Shown piece after piece: positions 57,186 to 64,000 of a stretch of 64,000 bases of DNA. Within the stretch, counting starts at the first letter, position 1, and each line of letters begins with the position of its first letter. The translations under genes and the position numbers were made by a program. Source of the DNA: Longimicrobiales bacterium (lineage in GTDB: Bacteria; Gemmatimonadota; Gemmatimonadetes; Longimicrobiales; Gaopeijiaceae); NCBI GenBank assembly GCA_965198065.1, contig CBDAON010000004.1, positions 1,632,001 through 1,696,000 on the forward strand, given 5' to 3'. The notes below the pieces were generated by a model. It saw only the letters and a list, made by a program, of their open reading frames with translations, was not told the DNA's origin and ran no database searches.

Positions 57186-57821
57186 CTAGTTCAGGACGTG
57201 TTCGATCCGTTGGGCGAACGAATTCCGTGCCCGGTGCAGCCGGCTCTTCACCGTCCCCAGGTTCACGCCCGTGATCTCGGCGATCTCCTCGTAGCTCTTC
57301 CCCTCGAGCTCCCGCAAGCGGAAGACGAGTCGATGGTGCTCTGGGAGCTCCTCGACCGTGTCCTCCACGATGCGCTGGAGAAATCGCTTCCGATACAGGT
57401 CGTCCGGCCGCATGCTCGCGTCCTCGAACTGCAGCGGCCGATGGTCCTCATCCCAGTTGCTGGTCAGCTTCTGGAACAGGACGAGGGGGCTGCGGGATCG
57501 GTTCCGCAGCTCGTTCTTCGAGAGATTGCTCGCGATCGTGTAGACCCAGGTCGAGAACTTCTTGCTCGTGTCGAACCGGTGAAGGTGGCGCGTCACGCGG
57601 ATGAACGCCTCCTGCACCAGATCCTGCGCCCGGTCGGGGTCGCCCGTCTTCCGGGTGATGAAATGGACGAGCCGATCCCGGTAGCGGTTGAACAGCTCTT
57701 GAAAGGCACCGGCCCGGCCGCTCAGATGAGCCGTGACCAGCTCCTCATCGGTCATTGCCTCGAGATCGCGAGACTCGTCCGAGAGAGATAGCTCCCGAGG
57801 GCCCGCGGAACGGTCGGCCAT
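57186..57821 (-). CDS. ECF sigma factor (RpoE/SigW-like)
   Basis: DEELV, AQDLVQEAF, FSTWVYTIASN, SYEEIAEITGVNLGTVKSRLHRAR. Confidence 0.95.
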   Translation of the reverse strand: MADRSAGPRELSLSDESRDLEAMTDEELVTAHLSGRAGAFQELFNRYRDRLVHFITRKTGDPDRAQDLVQEAFIRVTRHLHRFDTSKKFSTWVYTIASNLSKNELRNRSRSPLVLFQKLTSNWDEDHRPLQFEDASMRPDDLYRKRFLQRIVEDTVEELPEHHRLVFRLRELEGKSYEEIAEITGVNLGTVKSRLHRARNSFAQRIEHVLN

Positions 57822-57869
57822 GTCGAAGTGGCTCCCTGGCCCGGGTAAACGGGACGGGTCCGAGGGGAC

Positions 57870-57958
57870 AAAAAGGGGCGCCGTACCTTTCTGGTCACGG
57901 GCCCCTTCCGACTAGTCACCCCGAACAGCTAAGGGGTCACACACCCGACTAGCGAACG
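57870..57958 (-). ncRNA. Candidate cis-regulatory leader (attenuator/riboswitch-like) or sRNA ending in an intrinsic terminator
   Basis: Two hairpins on the minus strand; the second is AAGGGGC-CCGT-GACC…GGT-ACGG-CGCCCC-TTTTT, about 50 nt before the ECF ATG. Confidence 0.55.
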
Positions 57959-57964
57959 TATGCC

Positions 57965-57993
57965 AATATGGGACACATAGCCCTCCGCTTCAA
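57965..57993 (-). promoter_or_regulatory. Sigma70-type promoter upstream of the leader and ECF gene
   Basis: Minus strand TTGAAG, 17 nt spacer, CATATT. Confidence 0.5.
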
Positions 57994-58111
57994 GGTCCGG
58001 CGCCCCAGAAGGCACCCCCGCGGGACCGGGCGGCGAAGAGGAGGTACGTCGTTGCCCGCGTCCGTCCAGGCCACGAGATTAGGCATTCCGAATCCGTCAT
58101 CGGGTTACGCC

Positions 58112-58822
58112 ATGCAATCTGAGAACAGCTCCACCCGGCGCGTCGAGACGCACGGGTTGGGCGTCACGGTACAAGCGCGAGTGGCGCTGGCGCTGCTTCA
58201 GGCGGTGAGGGACAACGACCGGCCCGGCGAGGTTCTGAACGACGAGGATCTGGCGGCCACGCTGCCGCGTCGCCTCGGGCTCTCCGAGGTCGTGGACTCA
58301 CAGATCCGGCGATACGAGCAGGACGCGCGCCGCCGTCGGAGGGTGCCCGGGGCCGAGGTTAGGGATCTCATCCGGCTCGTTACGCGCCGCCCGGACTCGG
58401 AAGACCTCTTCCATAGCGTGGGACGCTCTCTGGGGGTGAGCGGTGGTGGGGCGGGCGTATTGCGTGTGGTTCCGCGGGTCGCCGGGTTCGCCCTCGGCCG
58501 CCGCGCGATCGTGAAGCGGCTCCGTACGCTCTTCGGGCAGGCCTTTGTGGCTTCCGTGAGGGCTCCGTTCGAGCTGGAGGCCAAGAACAACGTGATCATC
58601 GAAGGCGATCCGGGAGGCGAGGCGTGCGCCCTCGTCACGGGGATCTCTCAGGCGATTCTGGATCGGTCGGTCCGACCGGGCGTCGTGGTGGAGCATCCCT
58701 TATGCCGTGCCCGTGGCCACCACCGATGCGTCTGGCAGGCCCGTGAAGGCTCTGCTCCTGCCGCGTCCGGCGCGGTTACGACGTCGTCCACGGAGAATGG
58801 CCATGTTGACCGAAGGCGATGA
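58112..58822 (+). CDS. Hypothetical protein with a V4R (4-vinyl reductase)-like C-terminal domain
   Basis: ACALVTG…VEHPLCRARGHHRCVW cysteine pattern. Confidence 0.65.
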   Translation: MQSENSSTRRVETHGLGVTVQARVALALLQAVRDNDRPGEVLNDEDLAATLPRRLGLSEVVDSQIRRYEQDARRRRRVPGAEVRDLIRLVTRRPDSEDLFHSVGRSLGVSGGGAGVLRVVPRVAGFALGRRAIVKRLRTLFGQAFVASVRAPFELEAKNNVIIEGDPGGEACALVTGISQAILDRSVRPGVVVEHPLCRARGHHRCVWQAREGSAPAASGAVTTSSTENGHVDRRR

Positions 58823-59255
58823 GGCCCCCGCCTTCAACCTGCCGGCGGACGACGGATCGCGCGTCCGCCTGGTCGATCTTCGCGGAAGAAAAGTGATCCT
58901 GTACTTCTATCCGAAGGACGATACGCCCGGGTGCATGACGGAGGCATGTGACTTTCGCGACTCGATTTCCCGCGTGGAGGAGGCGGGCGCCGTGGTGCTC
59001 GGCGTCTCGCCGGACCCGATTCGCTCGCACGAGCGGTTCAAGCGCAAGTACGATCTGAATTTTCCGCTCCTGGCCGACGAGGACCACTCTGTGGCCGAGG
59101 CGTACGGGGCGTGGAAGGAGAAGTCGATGTTCGGGAGGAAATACTGGGGGATCGAGCGAAGCACGTTCCTGATCGACGGCGAGGGGGTGATCGAGCGGGC
59201 GTGGCGGCGGGTCAGCGCCCGAGGTCACGCGGACGACGTGATCCAGGCCCTTTAG
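58803..59255 (+). CDS. bcp: Thioredoxin-dependent peroxiredoxin Bcp/PrxQ
   Basis: YFYPKDDTPGCMTEACDFRD, GVSPD, RSTFLID. Confidence 0.95.
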   Translation: MLTEGDEAPAFNLPADDGSRVRLVDLRGRKVILYFYPKDDTPGCMTEACDFRDSISRVEEAGAVVLGVSPDPIRSHERFKRKYDLNFPLLADEDHSVAEAYGAWKEKSMFGRKYWGIERSTFLIDGEGVIERAWRRVSARGHADDVIQAL

Positions 59256-59366
59256 GGGACCGGGGGCGCTTTAGGGTGATCCGGGCCGGATCGCGGATCC
59301 GGGAGCCATGAGTGATCCGGGCGCTAAAGCTGATCCCGGGTGCGAAGGCGGCTCCGGGCGCCATGG
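59238..59366 (+). repeat. Degenerate tandem repeat of about 18 bp, roughly 7 units
   Basis: GATCC(A/G/C)GG-like cores at 59240, 59258, 59278, 59296, 59314, 59332 and 59351. Confidence 0.75.
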
Positions 59367-59378
59367 CGGGTTTGAACG

Positions 59379-59882
59379 CTATCGTGGGTTCCGGTGCGGT
59401 AGTGCGTCTGGTGCTGTGAGCTCGGCTTCGACGGCACGGTGCGCCTTGAAGATGCAGAGGTCCTGAACGACATCAGACCTTAGAGACCTGGCCTCCGCGG
59501 CCTCGCGGTTGGCTCGAATTCCCTCTTGGAGCCAGATGACCGGCGCCTCGGGGCGGGCGGCCGCGGCACGCACGACGGCTCCCGCCTCGGCCGATGGCCG
59601 GAAGACGAGCACGAGGTCCACTGGATCCGTCACGAGGTCCAATCGAGCCAGAGCCCGGCGCCCGAAGATCTGATCCGCGTTGGGATTCACGGGGATCACG
59701 TCGTAGCCCTTGGCGGCGAGGTAGGACGGCACGCGCCTCGCGGCTTTGGCGGGGTCGCGGGAGAGACCCACGACCGCGATTCTACGGACCCGGGCCAGGG
59801 CCTCGACGATCCGCTCCGCGGAGGGATTGGCGGGGTCCTCGCTCCGGGAGAGCAGACGCGTGACGTGGGCGAGCCCGTACAT
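59379..59882 (-). CDS. CoA-binding protein (YccU-like; start uncertain)
   Basis: IAVVGLS, GYDVIPVNP, VDLVLVFRP, IWLQEG, VVQDLC. Confidence 0.88.
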   Translation of the reverse strand: MYGLAHVTRLLSRSEDPANPSAERIVEALARVRRIAVVGLSRDPAKAARRVPSYLAAKGYDVIPVNPNADQIFGRRALARLDLVTDPVDLVLVFRPSAEAGAVVRAAAARPEAPVIWLQEGIRANREAAEARSLRSDVVQDLCIFKAHRAVEAELTAPDALPHRNPR

Positions 59883-59980
59883 CGGGTTAGGATACGGACT
59901 CGCGCTGACAGTCGGCAAACCGGGCCGATGGACCCGTATTCGCGCCGTGAGCCGCGGCGCGAGCTTCCAGGAGGGGTGCG

Positions 59981-60816
59981 ATTCAGATCCTTCCCTTCAT
60001 TCCCTGGCTCCTGGCTGCCGCGTTCGCCGGTCTGGCGGTCTACCTGGTGCTCCGCCGTTGGAAAAACCCCCATCCCGAGGCGATCGAGCGGTTGACCGCC
60101 GAGGTCGAGGAAGGGGTGAAGCTCGGTGACTCCGGACCCGGAGACCCGCCCGAGGTGCTGAGCCTCCGGCTGGCGCTCGGTCGTGGGTGGCGGCCGGTCT
60201 CCCAATCAGGGGACGATCCTGGCGAGCAGGCGCTCCACGGGCTCTTTCGGTTCGTGGGGGAGAGGGTCCTTCCGCCCCTGAGCTCGGCGCTGGCCGACGG
60301 CGACTTTCGACCCCGTGTCGAGGACGCGGCGAACGCGCTCCGGGATCTCGCCTTCTTCGCTAGGGCCGAGCGGACGGAGAAAGAGAGGACTGCGAACCTG
60401 TCCGACCTCGTCCAGTCGGTCACGCGTGAGAGTTCACGGTAGACACTGGAGTTCCGGTTCGGTTCACCGGTCCCTCGGCGGCGGTGCCCGTCAGCCTGCG
60501 TCCAGAGGGCTTCAAGGACGCCGTCTATCTCGTTCTCGCGAATGCGGGACGGTTCGGCGGCGGGCAGACGATCGACGTGATCGCCGAGGACGACGAGCGA
60601 GACGTCCGGCTTCGGGTCCGAGACCGCGGTCCGGGGTTCACTCGTGAGGCGTTGGATCAAGCGTTCGAGCCATTCTGGAGCTCGGACTCGGATGCGCTGG
60701 GCCTGGGGCTGACCCACGCGCAGAGGGTCGTCGAGTCACAAGGCGGAAGGATCAGGCTCGAGAACGGGGAGGAGGGCGGGGCCGAGGTCGAGATCGTTTT
60801 CCCGCGAGCGCGGTGA
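59981..60816 (+). pseudogene. Membrane-anchored HATPase_c (histidine kinase-like) gene with an ATT start and a frameshift at about 60430
   Basis: AGGAGG-N6-ATT, then a TM segment (PFIPWLLAAAFAGLAVYLVL). After the frameshift: N box LANA, DRGPG, AFEPF, LGLGL. Confidence 0.7.
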
Positions 60817-60862
60817 CGCGCCGGACGGCCAGGTAGCGGAACTCCACAATCGGCGGTGGGGG

Positions 60863-62776
60863 CTAGCCTTCCGCGCCCTGTTCTTCGGCTTCGCTTGGGA
60901 GGCCCCGGGGACGGAGGTCGAGGGCGTGGGCCACTCCCTCCGTCAGCCATGCGTACCGTCCATTCATCGCTGCCCGTGCGATCCCGTAGAGAGCGCGGTC
61001 ATCGTTCCGGAAGAGGCTCCGGAAACGCGCTTCGACCCGTCGCCGCGACGCGCGGCAGAAGCCGTCGGCCAGCTCCTCCGGGCTCCGGTCCGAAGGCATC
61101 TCCCGGACCCGACCGGCCGCGCGGATGCACGTGGCCGTCATCATGAAACACTCCGCGCCGATCTCGACGAGCCTTCCCAGGACGGCCTGGCGCCTTTCCA
61201 GGCCGGGCCCGAAGCGAACGATGCTGTGGAAGAGGGCTCGGGCGAGTCGCCGGGACGAGCGTTCCACGTACCTCAGGTGCCGCGCGAGACGTCCGAATTT
61301 CCGATACTTCGGCCACCAGCCCCATCCCCACCAGCGGCTCGGGTACCACCAGAGGTAATGGAGCGCGCTCCTCGCGGCGGCGGCGAGGCGCCTCCCGATG
61401 GGCGCGCGCGGGTCCACGAGGTCTCCGGCCACCTTCAGGTGCAGGTCCACGGCTTCCCTCGCGATGAAGAGCCGCATGATCTCGGACGAGCTCTCGAAGA
61501 TGAGGTTGATCCTCAGATCGCGGAGGGCACGCTCGATCGGGTACGCCACCTCTCCTCGCGCGGCGAGCGAGTGGGCGGTCTCGTAGCCCCGACCGCCCCG
61601 GACCTGGAGCGCTTCGTTCATGAGCTCAAACGCGGTCTCCGAGTGCCACATCTTGGCCAGCGCAGCCTCGAGCCGGATGTCGAACGTCTTCGCGTCGGCC
61701 ATCGCCGAGGTGAGCTCGACGGCGGCGTCCATCGCGAACGTATCCGTGGCCATCCGGGCGATCTTCTGGGCCACGGCGTCGTGCCGACCCACCGGCTGAC
61801 CCCACTGCACCCGCTCCGCGCCCCATCGTCTCGACCACTCGAGAGCGGCCTTCCCAGCGGTGGCGCAGAAGGCCGGCAGAGCGAGGCGGCCGGTGTTCAG
61901 CGTGATCAGGGCCAGCTTGAGCCCCTGGCCCTCGCGCCAGACGAGGTTCTCAGCCGGCACACGGACGTCGCGGAACCGGATCACACCGTTCGAGATCCCC
62001 CGAAGTCCCATGAAGCTGCAGCGGTGGACGACCTCCACCCCCTCCCAGGCCCTTTCGACGATAAACGCGGTGATGGGACGCCGTGAACGGACGCCTTCGC
62101 GCGGCGGCGTCCTCGCCATGACGACCATGATCTCGGCCCTGGGACCGTTGGTGCACCAGAGCTTCTCCCCGTTCAGGATCCAGGCGGATCCGTCCTCCGT
62201 GAGCTCCGCGGTCGTGGACATGTGCGCGGGGTCGGAGCCGACCTCGGGCTCGGTGAGCGCGAAGGCGGAGAGAGCGCCGCGGGCGAGGCGGGGCAGGTAC
62301 TTCCGCTTCTGTTCCTCGGTGCCGAACAAGCTGAGCGGCTGGGGCACCCCGATGGACTGGTGTGCGGAGAGGAACGCCCCCGTGGACGCGCAGCGCGCCG
62401 CGACGATGCCGAGCGTGCGGCCGTACGTTACCTGGGAGAGACCCATCCCGCCGTACTCGCGCGGGATCTTGATCCCGAAGGCGCCGAGCTCCGCCAGACC
62501 CCGGAGAACGTGGTCCGGGACCCATTCGTCACGATCGATCGCGTTACCGTCGATCCTTTCGCTCGCGAACCGCTCGAGGCGGCCGAGGAAGTCTCGGGCA
62601 CGGGCTGCCTCGTCCGGATCCTGCTCGGGAGGCGGATGAACGAGCCCGAGACGGAAGCGGCCGTCGAAGAGCTCGCGCATGAAGCTCGCGCGCTCCCACC
62701 CCTCCTCTCGGGCCGCTTCGGCCACCTGCCGGGAGTCCTGGGCGGTCGTCGGGGTCCGGACGCGCGGGTCAGTCAA
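60863..62776 (-). CDS. Acyl-CoA dehydrogenase (long-chain/ACAD9-like)
   Basis: SAHQSIG, FALTEPEVGSD, LNGEKLWCTNG, LNTGR, GGRGYE, RDLRINLIFE. TTG start with GGAGG RBS. Confidence 0.93.
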   Translation of the reverse strand: MTDPRVRTPTTAQDSRQVAEAAREEGWERASFMRELFDGRFRLGLVHPPPEQDPDEAARARDFLGRLERFASERIDGNAIDRDEWVPDHVLRGLAELGAFGIKIPREYGGMGLSQVTYGRTLGIVAARCASTGAFLSAHQSIGVPQPLSLFGTEEQKRKYLPRLARGALSAFALTEPEVGSDPAHMSTTAELTEDGSAWILNGEKLWCTNGPRAEIMVVMARTPPREGVRSRRPITAFIVERAWEGVEVVHRCSFMGLRGISNGVIRFRDVRVPAENLVWREGQGLKLALITLNTGRLALPAFCATAGKAALEWSRRWGAERVQWGQPVGRHDAVAQKIARMATDTFAMDAAVELTSAMADAKTFDIRLEAALAKMWHSETAFELMNEALQVRGGRGYETAHSLAARGEVAYPIERALRDLRINLIFESSSEIMRLFIAREAVDLHLKVAGDLVDPRAPIGRRLAAAARSALHYLWWYPSRWWGWGWWPKYRKFGRLARHLRYVERSSRRLARALFHSIVRFGPGLERRQAVLGRLVEIGAECFMMTATCIRAAGRVREMPSDRSPEELADGFCRASRRRVEARFRSLFRNDDRALYGIARAAMNGRYAWLTEGVAHALDLRPRGLPSEAEEQGAEG

Positions 62777-64000
62777 GGGAACCCTCCAACTCTTCGTCGC
62801 CGAGTGGCGTGGCCAACGTATGCGGTGCGGCCGCCGGCGAGCTGAGTAGCGCCTCGAACTCACCCAAACGGGCCTCCCCGTCCCGCTGGCCGATCTCCAT
62901 CAGGAGGCGGAGGTACTCCTCATGAAAGAGGAGGAACGAGAGGATATCCGGGCTCTCCGTCTCTCTCGTTCCGAGCCCGCGGATCAGGAACCGAAAGACG
63001 CGGGGAAGCCCCGCCTCGAACTGCCTGGTGAGACGCCCCAGGTCACGGGACGGGCGAAGCGTGAGCAGGCGCACGATCCGAAGCCTGTCACGGTCCTCGA
63101 CCCGAATCTTCCGGAGGAGAGAGTTCACGGTCTCCACCCTCCAGGCGTCCTGGTCGAGCATGTCGAGGAAGATCGAGTTCATGAGCGCCCCGATCACCTG
63201 CGCCGGGGGCGGATAGGTCCGAATCACCGGTCGGTCGGCCTCGCGGGATAGGGGATCGAAGCGCGTCGAAATGGCCAACACGCGCTCGGCTCCCAGGTTG
63301 AGGGCCGGAGCGAGTGGGGCAGACAGGCGGAGCCCACCGTCGCTGTACCACTCGTTCCCGATCCGCACAGCGGGGAAGAAGAGAGGGATCGAGGCGGAGG
63401 CCATGACGTGCTCGAGCCGGATCGTCGTGAGCCGGCCGCGTCGCCGCGGTCGCGACCATCCCGAGACCCCCTCGCCCTGCACCCACGTAATCGACTGCCC
63501 GGTCGAGTAGGAGGAGGTGCTCACGGCCACCGCCCTGAGGCGCCCGGAGCGGATGTTGTCCTGGATGCCGGGAATGGCCCCGGTCCCGTCGGTGAGGGTC
63601 CTAGTGAGAAAGCGGTGCAGCGGCGTCGTGTCCACGAGGCTTCGGATGCGCGGCGTACCCGTCAGGCCCCCCGAGATCAGCTGGAGCCCCCAACGCAGCA
63701 CGTTCAGGAGCAACGGGCGGCCATGGACCTCGAGCACCTGATCGAGCGTGAGCGAGCTCCAGAGCTCGGCCAGATCCTCGACCGCTTCCGCGAACGTGCC
63801 CGGGTGGGCCGCGAGGTGGACCGCGTTGATGGCACCGGCCGAGACTCCCGTGATGATTGGGATCTCGAGTCGGGGCTGGGCGCGAGCCAACGCGCGGAGG
63901 AACCCCACCTGATACGCAGCTCGCGCGCCCCCGCCCCCCATCACAAGAGCGAGCGGGCCTCCGCCGGGCTGTCCGGCGGTCGGCGCCTCCGCGCCCGGAT
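62769..64000 (-). CDS. Patatin-like phospholipase (5' end beyond the window)
   Basis: LALVMGGGGARAAYQVG, nucleophile GVSAG, ASASIP, DGG. The frame is open to the window edge. Confidence 0.9.
   Translation of the reverse strand, partial: PGAEAPTAGQPGGGPLALVMGGGGARAAYQVGFLRALARAQPRLEIPIITGVSAGAINAVHLAAHPGTFAEAVEDLAELWSSLTLDQVLEVHGRPLLLNVLRWGLQLISGGLTGTPRIRSLVDTTPLHRFLTRTLTDGTGAIPGIQDNIRSGRLRAVAVSTSSYSTGQSITWVQGEGVSGWSRPRRRGRLTTIRLEHVMASASIPLFFPAVRIGNEWYSDGGLRLSAPLAPALNLGAERVLAISTRFDPLSREADRPVIRTYPPPAQVIGALMNSIFLDMLDQDAWRVETVNSLLRKIRVEDRDRLRIVRLLTLRPSRDLGRLTRQFEAGLPRVFRFLIRGLGTRETESPDILSFLLFHEEYLRLLMEIGQRDGEARLGEFEALLSSPAAAPHTLATPLGDEELEGSLD

Noticed and set aside
57951..57966. Sigma54 promoter TTGGCATACGTTCGC on the minus strand
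   Set aside because: The GG-to-GC spacing is 9 nt rather than the required 10.
59238..59366. CRISPR mini-array
   Set aside because: The period is only about 18 bp with an 8-bp core, far below repeat-plus-spacer size, and no cas genes are present.

Overview
A gene-dense, very GC-rich (visually about 70%) stretch of bacterial core chromosome. Gene content suggests Gemmatimonadota or a related FCB lineage; this is inference, based on short RpoD-like sigma paralogs lacking region 1.1, Alternative Complex III, YpdA and a LuxE/LuxC pair. It encodes fabF (partial), two sigma70 paralogs, ssb (interrupted by an in-frame TAG), polA, an orphan ExbB/TolQ, a peptide-type ABC transporter, gcvH/gcvP with a lipoate ligase, tatA, an MFS transporter, a TrmJ-like methylase, a frameshifted GAF-GAF-GGDEF gene and HisN. 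It also encodes a complete actABCDEF operon, luxE/luxC-like genes without luciferase, ypdA, mgtE, ygfZ, rsgA, a BtuFCD-like transporter, hydantoinase A, trpE, a PadR module with visible operators, an ECF sigma/PspA-like cluster, bcp, a frameshifted HATPase gene, an acyl-CoA dehydrogenase and a patatin (partial). I found no rRNA, tRNA, CRISPR array or mobile element. The strongest leads are: (1) a single-chain, apparently catalytically dead and miniaturised SbcD-SbcC (Mre11-Rad50) fusion that keeps its zinc hook; (2) a candidate attenuator/riboswitch-like leader with mutually exclusive terminator and antiterminator stems upstream of the ECF sigma/PspA-like cluster; (3) the luciferase-less LuxE/LuxC operon; and (4) several gene lesions that are either real erosion or assembly errors. 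All calls come from reading motifs by eye; no database search was run.
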